A stretch of 64,000 nt of DNA from Candidatus Latescibacterota bacterium (GCA_965208835.1 OZ242358.1:3552001-3616000), one strand, 5' to 3'. Counted from the first letter of the stretch, positions 17,842 to 28,586 are shown. Numbers and translations: made by a program. The notes: generated by a model from the sequence alone, not told the origin.

Positions 17842-20028
17842 TCACCTCGGATTCAGCGCCAGCCAGGACCTCAGTGCCGGCGCCTGCGGGTGGTCCGGCG
17901 CCAGGTCCAGGACTCTTCTGAAGTTTGCCCGGGTTTTCCGTACGTTTCCCAACGTGTGATAGACAACGCCCAGGTTGTAAAACCCCTCGGCGTATCCGGG
18001 GTCCAGGGCCACGGCCTTCTCATAAGCGGATATGGCCTGTTCATAGTCCCTCAGACTGAGATACGCGTTCCCAAGATTCGAATGCGCCCGGGCATTACCC
18101 GGTTTCAGCGCAATCGCTTTTCGGTAGGCCCCGACCGCCGCGTCGAACTGTCCCGTTCTATAGTACAGATCGCCGACATTGTAATAGGCCGCAACGAACC
18201 GCGGCTTCAATGCGATCGTCTCTTCGAAATATCCCGCCGCCCTGTCATATTTCCTCAGACCGTACAGGGCATTGCCCATCTGGAAGTGCGCTTCCGCGAA
18301 ATCCGGCTTTAGTTCAATCACCTTCTCGAATTTCCCGATTGCCCGTTCGTACTTCCCTGTGTCGTAATACATATTTCCAAAATTGTAATAGGCTTCCGCG
18401 AAATCCGGCTCCAGCGCGATCACCTTCTGAAAGTACACCGACGCTCGATCATACTGTTTCAAGTCGTAATACAGGTTGCCGAGATTGTAAAAACCGCCCG
18501 CAAATCCTGGATCGGCTTCAGTCGCCGCTTCGTACGCCCCGATCGCCTGAACACTCCTTCCGTGATCCCTGTGGTATACCGCAAGCGTCTCCCATCCGTG
18601 CGACCGGGCGTGCGCCGACAGATATCCCCCTTCCATTTTACTGGAAAACCGGGCTTCGGCGGACAAATCGTCCGCGTTAACGCCGATCCAGAACACCGTG
18701 TGCAGGACCGCGGCCGCGCAGATCAATCCGGCGGCATCGACGGAGACGATCCGATCCCGAAACTCGCGGACCACAGTGAGCGCCGCCCACAACGTAATGG
18801 GCAATGCCGCGAAGGCGAAAACGTCCCAATCCCTGAAAGCGCCAAGTTCGGGGTTCGCGACAACCGTAAACAGGATGGGAAACAGCGCGGCAACCAGAAC
18901 AAACTGACGATCTGGCCCCCGCAGCCAGCTCGTCCTTCGGCACAGAAGCAGAGCCATCAGGGCAGACGGCGTAACGAGGAAGTACTGATTCACGAAATCG
19001 ACCCATTTCCCAATTGAAAACAACCTGTAGTGTTGTTTGGGTCCAGGTTCCGAAAACAGGTTCAGGATATAAAACCCCTGTCTCTTTTGAAGATACGCGA
19101 TCAGGTCGAACTGAATCAGCAGGAGCGCGCCGAAACAAACGACGGCGCTAACCAGCAGGGCGAACCCCGCTCTCGCTGCCAACCTCCCGTGACCGGTTGT
19201 ACCTGAGACACCCTCCGCCCGGCCATTGAGTATGGCCAGCGCCAGCAGGGAGGGCGCAAGCGTCATCATCGTTATATGGAGCGCCATCAGGACGCCCAGC
19301 AAGGCCGCGGGCCACCAGACCGTCAACCTGCCATTGAGTACGCGAATGCCCAGGAGCAGATATAGCAGCATAAACGGGAACAGAAACGCGTAATTTTCAA
19401 CATAAGCGAAAAAAAGCTGCATATACCCGGCCCCCAGCAACAGAGCCAGAATCAGGAATCGCTCCAGGGCGCCCTTCCCAAGGAGCCGCGCGGCATATCT
19501 GGCTACAACCAGATAGAGGATTCCGGAAACGCAACTAAAGATACGATACGTGGTCTCGGCGGAATGCCATGCTGACGCACCGGCACGGTGCAGCCCCCTG
19601 ACGATCCAGAACGTCAGCGGCGCGCGGTCCGTCCTCGGGACTTCGGACCAGAAGTCGTCCAGTTCGCGCATCAACATAATCCCGTCGCCGAGCAGATGCA
19701 CGGCGGATCGCATGCTCCAGAAAACCATAAGGCCGCCGAACAGAAGCAGGACCCACGAGAGAACCGATTGCCAGGTGCCGAATCCGCTGTCGAAGAACCT
19801 TGCAATGCCCCGGGTCCACCGCCCAAGGCGCCGCCGGGCAGCCATAAAAAGCAGCGCCGTGCTCAACAGCACGAAAATCGTCCGTGAAATGGCATCGTGG
19901 AACCGCAGGAAATCAACACCCCATACTGACACGGGCTGCCAGTAGGCGAACAGAATATGCAGGCCAAGAAAAAAACCAACCAATATGATCGGCTTACCGG
20001 TATCCGTGTGCTCTTCCTTCCGTTGCAT
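17842..20028 (-). CDS. Polytopic membrane protein (GT-C-like) with C-terminal TPR array
   Basis: About 12 hydrophobic segments, LLGDG, YVENY and RDWD motifs, then several AY.NLG..Y TPR repeats. Confidence 0.75.
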   Translation of the reverse strand: MQRKEEHTDTGKPIILVGFFLGLHILFAYWQPVSVWGVDFLRFHDAISRTIFVLLSTALLFMAARRRLGRWTRGIARFFDSGFGTWQSVLSWVLLLFGGLMVFWSMRSAVHLLGDGIMLMRELDDFWSEVPRTDRAPLTFWIVRGLHRAGASAWHSAETTYRIFSCVSGILYLVVARYAARLLGKGALERFLILALLLGAGYMQLFFAYVENYAFLFPFMLLYLLLGIRVLNGRLTVWWPAALLGVLMALHITMMTLAPSLLALAILNGRAEGVSGTTGHGRLAARAGFALLVSAVVCFGALLLIQFDLIAYLQKRQGFYILNLFSEPGPKQHYRLFSIGKWVDFVNQYFLVTPSALMALLLCRRTSWLRGPDRQFVLVAALFPILFTVVANPELGAFRDWDVFAFAALPITLWAALTVVREFRDRIVSVDAAGLICAAAVLHTVFWIGVNADDLSAEARFSSKMEGGYLSAHARSHGWETLAVYHRDHGRSVQAIGAYEAATEADPGFAGGFYNLGNLYYDLKQYDRASVYFQKVIALEPDFAEAYYNFGNMYYDTGKYERAIGKFEKVIELKPDFAEAHFQMGNALYGLRKYDRAAGYFEETIALKPRFVAAYYNVGDLYYRTGQFDAAVGAYRKAIALKPGNARAHSNLGNAYLSLRDYEQAISAYEKAVALDPGYAEGFYNLGVVYHTLGNVRKTRANFRRVLDLAPDHPQAPALRSWLALNPR

Positions 20029-20060
20029 AATCGCCCGCTCTTTGTGCAGAATACTACGGG

Positions 20061-22607
20061 TCAGCCCGAGGCGTTTCGGGAATTCCGTCGCGCGATGCGT
20101 GGACCGACCAATATTACCGCCGCCGCCAGCAGCAGCACGACGTCGACAATCAGCAGGGTGAAACGCAGCGGCGAAAGCGTGGGTTCAAGTACGATCCGGC
20201 TTTCCCCCGGGCCCAGTTTCAGCGCCACAAATCGCCCTGCCGTCGTGTACGGACGCACCTCGCCGCCATTTACGGTGATCCGCTGATGTGGATAGGCCGT
20301 ATATGCCAGCCGCGCGAAACAGGCCGCGCTGGCACGTACGACCAATTCGACCCGCTGGTTCCACAACCGGTGCGCCAGAACCTCCACCCGCGGCGACGTG
20401 CCCAGGTCTTCCTTCGCGTGTTCGTCCGTCACCAGGATCTGCTCGCAGGCACGGTTTTTTATGTCAACGTCCATAGACTGCAGCAACTTCACAAAGTCGC
20501 TCAATGCGAGGCTCTGGATCCTGCGCGCTTCCCGTTCATCCACACCCGACCCGGACCGGGCGCGCGCCCGGTCCAGTTCAAGGACCGGATAGGGCCATCC
20601 GGAGATTTTCGACGATACGACGACCGGACTGGCTTCAGGAAATTCTCCATGAAAGATCCGGTCCTGTTCTGAATCCGAATACAGCAGATGGCGGGTGTTC
20701 ATCAGAAAGAGCCCCGCCCGGATAACGTCGAATCCCGGCGTCTCCTCCAGGCCGGCCCCGTCGTCAAGGCGCTCCAGCGACAGGTGAAGCAGATCCTGGA
20801 AACGCCGGACAAAGGCCGGAACCGACAGCGGATACTGCGTGAACGTATCCAGAGGTGTCGCCAGGCCCGTCTCGAGGGTCAGCCAGGGGATGACGAAGTG
20901 ATAATAGATCCTGTTGGTCGTATGGAACACCCGATAGCCGGGAAGCTGTCCGTCCATGTGAGCTGCAAGTTCCTCCCGGAACCGTCTGTAAACGGGATGA
21001 TGCTGCAACGGCAGCGGCTTCGCAACAGGCCAGGCGTTCGGGTCACGCCGCAGGTCCTGCAAGGCGCGCGGCCCGATTTTCGACGCCACACCGGGAGAAC
21101 GGTACGGCTGCTGGAAGGTGGTTGGCCCCAAATCCGCCAGGACCACCACGAGAATCGCCACGAAGACCCCGACGGGGCGCTTCCGATCGGCAGCGCGCAC
21201 GGCCGCAAACAAACCCACCAGCACGGCGACAAAGAACACCACAAACAGCAGATAGCGGGAGGCGTTCATCGCCTGCACCACCCCAAGGGACTTCAGGACC
21301 GGCCAACGGTAACCGAATACCAGCAGCAGCGAACCGATCAGGCAGAAGCCGATCGGAAAACCCCAGGCACGCACTTCAGCCCTGCCGCTTCGAACGATCC
21401 GTACCAGTCCCCACAGGGCAATCGCGACCAGACTCACCCCGAGATAGCCGCCGTACCAGTGGTCCTGCGCCTGAAAGAGCCGGAACCGGTAGTTGGACCA
21501 GAGCAGCAGATGCCGCCAGGTGGGCATCGGAAAATCGGACATGTAGAACCCGGCGTGAAGCCCCGTCAGTCCCCGTTCCAGATACATCGGAACGGTCAAA
21601 TAAGCGCCCAGCAGCGCGCCACCGCCGAAAAGCAGCAATCCGTACCGGATTGAAAAAGGCGTGTCTCCGCTTCTGGTCATCCGGCACCTGACTAACGCAT
21701 ATAACAAGAGAAATAACGTTGCCCAAAATCCGTAACCGGGATGCGTAACGTGCAGACAACCCAGCGCGATACCGCCGCCAATCGCCTGGGCCAGCCGATT
21801 CGGATTGTTCCGAAGCCCCTCCCAGTAGTAAAACGGCAACGGAAGCAGGGCGTAGAACAGCGAGAGCGGCAACCTGCCCATAATGAGGACCTGCTGCGTA
21901 TGCCAGAAACTCAATACGTACGCGAGCCCCGCCGCGACCCCGGCCTGTCGCGACCCCGTCAACCGCCGGACGAAAAGATACGCACCCAACCCGGATACCG
22001 CATGGGCGGCGCCCAGCACGAATTTGATTGACGAGAACGGCGCCTGAAGCACCAGATTCACCAGCCCGACCAGGTAGTAGAACAGGAAGCCGTAAAACTG
22101 CAGGTAGGGCGCGCCATTGCAAAAGTAGTGCGTCCAGATCGGGACCTCACCCTGCAGCATTGACGTTGCCGCCAGCCAGGCGTATGTCACGTGCAGGTAC
22201 GTGTCGGCGCCATGCGCGAATTCCCCCTCGGCAAAATAAAAGCGAACCAGAATCAGGCTCCCCGAAACAAGGAACACGACAGTCCGCCTTTCACTCGCGA
22301 AGATGTGCTCGAAAAATACCGAGAGTCGCCGTCCGCGCCACTCCATGCCGATCAGGAGCATTCCAACAAGGAATATAAATATGAGCAGCAGTGCATCGGC
22401 GGTGCTGAAATCCACGAACCGCGATATAACCGATAGAAAGCCCTGAAGACTGTGATACCTCAGGCCCGGTCGAAGAACGCCGAACTTATCCAGCGTCACA
22501 TACTGGAAGAAAATCAGCAGCCCCGCCAGCAACGCCAGCAGGGCCGACACGTCCAGGGGCCATCCGGTTGTTTTACGTCCCTCAGGCCGTTTCAAATCGT
22601 ACTCCAC
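20061..22607 (-). CDS. YfhO/PTPS-related GT-C-type membrane protein
   Basis: Loop GADTYLH...VPIWTHYFCNGAPYLQFYG, many TM helices and a YfhO-like C-terminus (YPHQRITVNG...LGPGESRI). Confidence 0.75.
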   Translation of the reverse strand: MEYDLKRPEGRKTTGWPLDVSALLALLAGLLIFFQYVTLDKFGVLRPGLRYHSLQGFLSVISRFVDFSTADALLLIFIFLVGMLLIGMEWRGRRLSVFFEHIFASERRTVVFLVSGSLILVRFYFAEGEFAHGADTYLHVTYAWLAATSMLQGEVPIWTHYFCNGAPYLQFYGFLFYYLVGLVNLVLQAPFSSIKFVLGAAHAVSGLGAYLFVRRLTGSRQAGVAAGLAYVLSFWHTQQVLIMGRLPLSLFYALLPLPFYYWEGLRNNPNRLAQAIGGGIALGCLHVTHPGYGFWATLFLLLYALVRCRMTRSGDTPFSIRYGLLLFGGGALLGAYLTVPMYLERGLTGLHAGFYMSDFPMPTWRHLLLWSNYRFRLFQAQDHWYGGYLGVSLVAIALWGLVRIVRSGRAEVRAWGFPIGFCLIGSLLLVFGYRWPVLKSLGVVQAMNASRYLLFVVFFVAVLVGLFAAVRAADRKRPVGVFVAILVVVLADLGPTTFQQPYRSPGVASKIGPRALQDLRRDPNAWPVAKPLPLQHHPVYRRFREELAAHMDGQLPGYRVFHTTNRIYYHFVIPWLTLETGLATPLDTFTQYPLSVPAFVRRFQDLLHLSLERLDDGAGLEETPGFDVIRAGLFLMNTRHLLYSDSEQDRIFHGEFPEASPVVVSSKISGWPYPVLELDRARARSGSGVDEREARRIQSLALSDFVKLLQSMDVDIKNRACEQILVTDEHAKEDLGTSPRVEVLAHRLWNQRVELVVRASAACFARLAYTAYPHQRITVNGGEVRPYTTAGRFVALKLGPGESRIVLEPTLSPLRFTLLIVDVVLLLAAAVILVGPRIARRNSRNASG

Positions 22608-22754
22608 GCCTTTGAAGCTGCTTAGAAAATAACCTGCGAGAATACGAAACTACAAGAATACGAAGAATCCGTGGGTGAGATCAATTGCCACAAGAGGCCC
22701 AAAACCACATTGCGGAGAACGTATTCCAAGCGCGCTGACTCAACGCATCTGGCG

Positions 22755-23393
22755 CTACTCGAAGGACAACCCCACTCGAGCGGGGAAAAGCTGGGTGCTG
22801 CCACGCTCTCCTGACGTAAATCCGGCCTCGAACCGGGCTTCGGCAAAGAGGTGGACCCGGTCCGTCAGCCGGATGTCGATTCCGGCGCCCGCATTCACCG
22901 CGAACCCGGTGCCGGATTGGCCGTCAACGTGAAAGATCTGGTTGCCAATCTCAACCACTTCCGTATCGGTTTCGGAATAAGACAGTATGCCCACGCCGCC
23001 AACCGCATACGGAACCGCCCTTACGTCCAGATCGTCGGAATCGATCGCCTTCGTGTATTTCAGACTGGCATACGCGCTGAACAGATGCTTGTCTCCGCCG
23101 CTGGTGCTCGTCACAACACCGAGCGCGTCGTTTTCCGCCTTGAATTTCCCCTCATCGAATCCGAAACGGACATAATTGATATTCCCCTGAAGCGCTATGC
23201 TGGGGTTGAGGAAATATTCCGCTCCGACTCCCAGGCCGATGCCCGGATACCAGAAGTCCGACAGCGAACTGGATGCAGACGCGGCAAACCCCGCGGTGAC
23301 GAAATAAACCGGCTTCTGCTGCGCTTCGACGTCGCCTGTCCATCCGCCTGCAAGCAAATGTACCCAGATTAAAATCGACAACACTCTCACCAT
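22755..23393 (-). CDS. Small outer-membrane beta-barrel protein (OmpA/OMP_b-brl-like)
   Basis: Signal peptide (VEA-Q), PYAVGGVG, NAGAGID, LFAEARF, terminal RVGLSFE. Confidence 0.8.
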   Translation of the reverse strand: MVRVLSILIWVHLLAGGWTGDVEAQQKPVYFVTAGFAASASSSLSDFWYPGIGLGVGAEYFLNPSIALQGNINYVRFGFDEGKFKAENDALGVVTSTSGGDKHLFSAYASLKYTKAIDSDDLDVRAVPYAVGGVGILSYSETDTEVVEIGNQIFHVDGQSGTGFAVNAGAGIDIRLTDRVHLFAEARFEAGFTSGERGSTQLFPARVGLSFE

Positions 23394-23444
23394 ATCAGGT
23401 CTCCTTTTTCCGTCAGTCATCCACTCCTACTCCCGTCCAGCGTC

Positions 23445-24797
23445 TTACCTGTCACCGCCTTCCCCCAGCCTCCTCCATCCCTGAAGAATGGACGGGATCA
23501 TCTCTACGGGTTGTCCGGCTTTGCAGAAAACCGCCCACATGACATCCCAGACCCGCGGATTCCACTGGCACAGATCGATCCAGTCCGCACACGGCGTACT
23601 ATCTCCGTCCATACTGTCCACGCGTCCGCCGATCACGGGATCATCCACCGACCCGTTCCACATCTGGTCCAACAGGGTATGCGCGAATCGCTTCATATCG
23701 GCGTTGTTGAATACGACGCCGCGCCGGCAGGCATCGACCGCAAATCCGACATCGATTCGCCCGTGGCTGATATCTTCAATGGCGCTGTGTCCGTGAACGC
23801 CGCCTTCGATCCAGTCCCAATAGTACCAGGTATACGCACGACCTGTTTTCCACAAATGCCGCTTGAAATTCTTCGCCATGCGTTGCGCCCGATCGGCAAA
23901 CAGGCTTTTCCGCGATACGCTCTGCAGCGACAGGTAAGCACGACCCAGCGCGAGATACTGATTGTGCGGCATGATCCGGTTCGGAAACCGTTCCGTCATC
24001 CACGGGGAAAACCGATATCCGCCCGAGGACGGGGATGCATCCACCCAGTCACGCTCGTGCTTTTCGGCGATCTGTCTTCCGATAAGGCGAAGAAACGTCC
24101 GTGCGCTGGTTCCGAAGCCGGCCTTCAGCTGCGCACTTTTCAGGACGTGCTCGACAAAGCGGCTCACGGGATGCAGGAACATTCCCTGGTGAACGATATA
24201 CTCCAGCGGCTCGCCCGCAAATACATGCACCCAGAACCGGTCACCGGCGCGCGCGGTGCCATCGATGGTGATCTTGAACGGCGCAAAACCCTTCAGCGTT
24301 GCGCCGGGCCGAAACCGGCCGTCCGCCAATACCTTCCGTGTCCCATATTCCTGGACGGCGTACCTTCGCCCGGGGAGGACCTCCACGACGCGAATGCAAT
24401 CCTTCGCCATGTCACCCCCGCGGATAACCCACACCCGGTCCTCCTGTGGTGTGATCCGAGCCGTTCCACGGTTGTGCATCGGTCCCGTTCTCACCAGCGC
24501 CACCGAATACGTCGGGGTAACCCAGGTCGCATGCCCGTCGGCAAAGTGGTCCTGCCCTGTGGCGATCATCCGGTCGAAATGGTCTACGACCTTTCCCAGC
24601 CACCTCTCGTCCCCGGTAGATTCATAGATTTTGACGTACGCATCCAGAAACCCGCTCTCTCCCCATCCCAGGCTCCCGGAGTCCGGTTCGTCCGCTTGTC
24701 CTCTGCCACGATTGTGTGACCGGTCATAGCCGGCAAACCTTTCGACCATTTCCTGGAGATCAAAAGGCGCTGTGCGGGTGTTCACGGATGCCTCCAC
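23445..24797 (-). CDS. Hypothetical protein, probable (alpha/alpha)6 glycosidase/epimerase-like fold; start uncertain
   Basis: LGWGES...YESTGDERWL, PHNQ, W.YW and EDISHG motifs; 450-aa ORF. Confidence 0.6.
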   Translation of the reverse strand: MEASVNTRTAPFDLQEMVERFAGYDRSHNRGRGQADEPDSGSLGWGESGFLDAYVKIYESTGDERWLGKVVDHFDRMIATGQDHFADGHATWVTPTYSVALVRTGPMHNRGTARITPQEDRVWVIRGGDMAKDCIRVVEVLPGRRYAVQEYGTRKVLADGRFRPGATLKGFAPFKITIDGTARAGDRFWVHVFAGEPLEYIVHQGMFLHPVSRFVEHVLKSAQLKAGFGTSARTFLRLIGRQIAEKHERDWVDASPSSGGYRFSPWMTERFPNRIMPHNQYLALGRAYLSLQSVSRKSLFADRAQRMAKNFKRHLWKTGRAYTWYYWDWIEGGVHGHSAIEDISHGRIDVGFAVDACRRGVVFNNADMKRFAHTLLDQMWNGSVDDPVIGGRVDSMDGDSTPCADWIDLCQWNPRVWDVMWAVFCKAGQPVEMIPSILQGWRRLGEGGDR

Positions 24798-24804
24798 TTT
24801 GGAC

Positions 24805-24904
24805 GGGCGCCCACAAGGGACGCCCCTACAAGGTAAGGGGCGAACAATTCGCTATGTAGCAGGAAGTCTAATTGAAAATGTAGGGGCGTCCCTTGTGGGC
24901 GCCC
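24805..24904. repeat. Inverted pair of GTAG-type REP sequences (REPIN/BIME-like)
   Basis: Perfect 26-bp inverted repeat GGGCGCCCACAAGGGACGCCCCTACA (24805-24830) / 24879-24904 with a 48-bp spacer. Confidence 0.85.
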
Positions 24905-24995
24905 CCCTTTTCGTCTTAGACTATTCTGACCACTGCTTTTCGCCTTTGATCTTCTCTCTCCCCTCACTCCTATTCTCTCTCTCCTCGCCTTGCGC

Positions 24996-27900
24996 TCATT
25001 GAACGTAGAACCCGGTCTCTCTGTTCGATGTCAGTCCGCTGTTCAGGTCGATCACGTCGATTTCCAGAATATACTGTCCGGGCTTTGTGGATTTCAGATC
25101 CAGTTCCATGTACACCTCTTCTGACTCCGAGTTTCCAATCTGTTCGTATCCCACTGCGAGTTCCTGTTTTTTGCCGGTCAGCACACGCACCAACTGCGAA
25201 ATGACCCCCCTGGCCTTGCGCCCCTGGACGCCTTTGGGTCGAATTGAATATTCGACCTTGTACCGGCTCTGCCCGAATTCGTCTTTCTTCAGGTGGTAAA
25301 TCTCGTAGTAGACGAATACACCCTGGTCCCTGCCGAATGTACGCGTAGGAATGGGTATGACGCGCAGACCGCCCTTCCTGAACTTCCCCGTTTCATCCGA
25401 CTCGACGACCGAGAATGCCAACTGCAGCTCGCTCAGCTGCAGGAATTCCCGGTCGTAGTTGTCAATCACGACCTCCTGGCGGTACCGTCCCTGCCTACCG
25501 GACAACCTGTCCTTGACCTGCACCTCCATCCTGTATGTGCCGGGGGGAACGTCCAGACCCACCAGATCGGGAACAAAGCCGCCGCGCGTGCCTGTCAGGT
25601 CGCCCCCTCCACGAAATACCAGGTTACCCTGCCTGCGGTACACCGCACCGGTGCGAGGGTTGTTCAATGCCACGGAACGCTCCAGAAACATCTCGGTTTC
25701 GTCGTCGTCCCCCGAATACTTGCCCAGTTTGTACGGCGCTCCGAAATAGACCTCGAGGAAGGATCCGGTACCCCGTTTGTCCTCCCGGAAGTTGGCCAGA
25801 TCGTAATAGAACTCCAGCGGCAGTTTGTTCTCAGGCGGCTTGTAGTAGTCCGGAGTTACCAGCGCCGCCTGTTGGGCTACGGACCGCGGATTGAACTGGT
25901 TAAACCGCGCCAACTGCTGCATCGGTATCCGAACGTCCATCGGCGGGGGCGCATATTCGAACTCGCCGCGCATGTGCTCGTCCGTAAACGTAATCTCGAT
26001 GCCCCCGTTCACATCGGTATAGACCCAGACTTCCCAAGGGACCATCGAGGCGTCGTCCTGAGAGGATACAGCCTTGAATGCGAAATCGTTTGGGGAGTCA
26101 CCGAGCGCCAGAGCACCCTGGTTCATCTGGACATTCTCAAACCGGAGTAACTCCAGGGAGGCATCCGAAACCTCATTGTCCGCCGTAATCCCCGATTCAA
26201 AGGTGATCCCCGTGCGCTGGGCCTGGCTCCCGGCTACGACCCGGGTGGCCTCGGTATTGCGGGAGGTGATGCTGAGATCCACGCCCTGCCGGTCGGCGGC
26301 GAACCCGTCGCCCAGGTTTGCGCCACCGCTGAGATTGGACTTCAGGCTGCGCACGGCGTACACGGGTCCGCCCATGAAAGTCATCTGAAGGGCAGCCTGC
26401 CCGTACATCTGCCGGGCGATGCGTTCCCGGACCCGCTGCACTTTCAGGCTCTGGTTGTAATTCTTCATATCGGAGGTTGACCGGTAGTCGGGTTCCCCGA
26501 ACCGGATATACACCTCGCCCCGGCGGTCCCACGGCTGTTTGCCCGTTGAATATGCGCCGAGCGCGTACCAGACACGCCGGTAATGTTCCAGCAGCCGCTC
26601 GTTGATGGCCGTTGTCAGGTCGGGGTCGTGCGCCGTCCAGAACCGCTTTACCAGGTCGACGCGACCCCGTCCATCGGCCTGCTCGTAGGCCTTGCGTTCC
26701 TCGGGGGACATCAGCAGGATCGGATCGCGATAAAGCGCCTGCTCCTCGTCCGTCGCCGCCTGCAGGAACTCTTTGAAATAACGATCCGCCCACTCCAACC
26801 GTCCCAACTGCACGCACGCCTGAGCCAACACGGCGAGAACGCCCGTTTCATCCGGATGTTCGAGGACGTAATCCGTAAGGAGCTCCACGATACGCTCGTA
26901 ATTCCGGGACCGCAAATAGACCGCGGCAAGGCGCTTTCGCCCTTCGGGGTCTTCAGGCTTCAGCGTCATGTATCGGGCGTAGAGGAGCGCCGCCCGTTCG
27001 AAATCCTCCTCGTGGACCTCGTACCATTCACCCAGCAGCAGATAGGCGGGCGCAAACGTTGGATCGATGTCGATCACTTTCTCAATGTCATATCTCGCGT
27101 CATGCTCCCGCAGGCTGCGCCGAAGCCTGGCCATGTTGAAACGCGCTTCCAGATAGTCACGGTCGTACTGCAGCGCCTTCGTATAGTAGCGGATCGCGTC
27201 GTATCGGGCCTTGGGCCGTGTTTCAAACACCTGCCCCAGCCCGTTATACGCCTCGGCCAACCTGTGGTCGAACCGTACGGCGCGTTCGAACGAACGCAAC
27301 GCGGCATCCGGATTCCTGGACTTCAGATAGGCGTAACCCAACTGAGAATGCCCGCGCGCGGATTTCGGCGCCATCAGCGTGACCACCTGCAGCACCGGCA
27401 CAGACGCCTTCGGATCCGATTCCAGCGCCCGTCTGCCGACGTCCAGCAGCGAATCGACCTGTGCCGTTCCCGCCGTCCTGTCCACCACCTCGAATCGGTC
27501 CCCGCGACGGACCAGTTCCAACAGCCGACCGCGGTGATACGGACTGATCACCATTGCTTCGCCGTCGACGGCGCCGGATCGATAGAAATAGCTGATTGTG
27601 CGTTTCCTCCGATCCATTGGTGACCTGAACACTTGTACAAGGATCCGCTCTTCCGAGTCGTCCAGCCCGCCGGCTCGCGCCGAAGCCTTTAAAACCTCCA
27701 GGTTGGCAGGCGGGCTGCCGTTGTGCAGTTGCCGGTACTCACGAATCATCTCACCGATCGCGGACAGGTTCTCCCTGCCGACCCATCGTGCGCCCTGGGA
27801 CGCCGCCATGCGCGACCTTCCGGCCAGTATTTTCGCGTAAGCCATTGCCGGCTTCGAATAGAGGAGGTGGTCCCGTGCAAGCGATTCGAATTGCTGGGCC

Positions 27901-28523
27901 GCATTACGATATAGACGCCGCGCCTGGCGAAACTCCCACTGATGCAGGGCCGCGTAGGCCATTTTCACGGTCATCATCGCCTTCTCAACGCCCGAGAGCG
28001 AGCGGCTGGGGCCGTTTCCCGGCCCCCCGTTCTGTGCGGAAACCCACGCCACATCGAGGTGTCTGAGTTCGACGACTCCCGGACGGCGGACGACCGTGCC
28101 GTTAATCATCACCTCCCACACCTGGCTCTCCACCATCGGCACTGCCGCCTGCCCCACCCCTGCGAGACGATAATCTCGCAACGGGCGGTCCTTGTAGAAC
28201 AGACGCCGCCCGTCCGCGGACCATCCCAATTGTCCCGGCGGCCCCGGGAAGGCGCCCAGTTTGCGTTCGGTTCCCGCTGCATCCGCGGTCCAGACTTCGG
28301 TCAGTGCCGCCTGTCCGTTTTCATAAGAAGCCGTCCAGATCCGCTGGTTGGCCGCCTGAGCCGGGACCGAATGCCCGAAAATGGCGAACAGACAGCAGGT
28401 GGCGAACAAGCGAAGAGAGCGTGAACTGAATGGGATGTTTTCCCGACTTGGCACCCAATTCTCCTCCCCGAAGACTCGGGGCAAGGTGTGAAACGAGAAC
28501 AAACTCGTCCTATTTGTCATCAT
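24996..28523 (-). CDS. TPR + GWxTD domain-containing exported protein (1175 aa)
   Basis: Signal-like N-terminus (AQA-A), TPRs, FW...DP...NE..LEHYRRV.YA...WDRRGEVYIRFGEPD, WEVWVY...FTD, C-terminal Ig-like domains. Confidence 0.85.
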   Translation of the reverse strand: MMTNRTSLFSFHTLPRVFGEENWVPSRENIPFSSRSLRLFATCCLFAIFGHSVPAQAANQRIWTASYENGQAALTEVWTADAAGTERKLGAFPGPPGQLGWSADGRRLFYKDRPLRDYRLAGVGQAAVPMVESQVWEVMINGTVVRRPGVVELRHLDVAWVSAQNGGPGNGPSRSLSGVEKAMMTVKMAYAALHQWEFRQARRLYRNAAQQFESLARDHLLYSKPAMAYAKILAGRSRMAASQGARWVGRENLSAIGEMIREYRQLHNGSPPANLEVLKASARAGGLDDSEERILVQVFRSPMDRRKRTISYFYRSGAVDGEAMVISPYHRGRLLELVRRGDRFEVVDRTAGTAQVDSLLDVGRRALESDPKASVPVLQVVTLMAPKSARGHSQLGYAYLKSRNPDAALRSFERAVRFDHRLAEAYNGLGQVFETRPKARYDAIRYYTKALQYDRDYLEARFNMARLRRSLREHDARYDIEKVIDIDPTFAPAYLLLGEWYEVHEEDFERAALLYARYMTLKPEDPEGRKRLAAVYLRSRNYERIVELLTDYVLEHPDETGVLAVLAQACVQLGRLEWADRYFKEFLQAATDEEQALYRDPILLMSPEERKAYEQADGRGRVDLVKRFWTAHDPDLTTAINERLLEHYRRVWYALGAYSTGKQPWDRRGEVYIRFGEPDYRSTSDMKNYNQSLKVQRVRERIARQMYGQAALQMTFMGGPVYAVRSLKSNLSGGANLGDGFAADRQGVDLSITSRNTEATRVVAGSQAQRTGITFESGITADNEVSDASLELLRFENVQMNQGALALGDSPNDFAFKAVSSQDDASMVPWEVWVYTDVNGGIEITFTDEHMRGEFEYAPPPMDVRIPMQQLARFNQFNPRSVAQQAALVTPDYYKPPENKLPLEFYYDLANFREDKRGTGSFLEVYFGAPYKLGKYSGDDDETEMFLERSVALNNPRTGAVYRRQGNLVFRGGGDLTGTRGGFVPDLVGLDVPPGTYRMEVQVKDRLSGRQGRYRQEVVIDNYDREFLQLSELQLAFSVVESDETGKFRKGGLRVIPIPTRTFGRDQGVFVYYEIYHLKKDEFGQSRYKVEYSIRPKGVQGRKARGVISQLVRVLTGKKQELAVGYEQIGNSESEEVYMELDLKSTKPGQYILEIDVIDLNSGLTSNRETGFYVQ

Positions 28524-28586
28524 TATACAATAAGGAATATGGAAGAAAAATCAAAGCTGAATCTGGCCATGAAATAAAATCCACCA

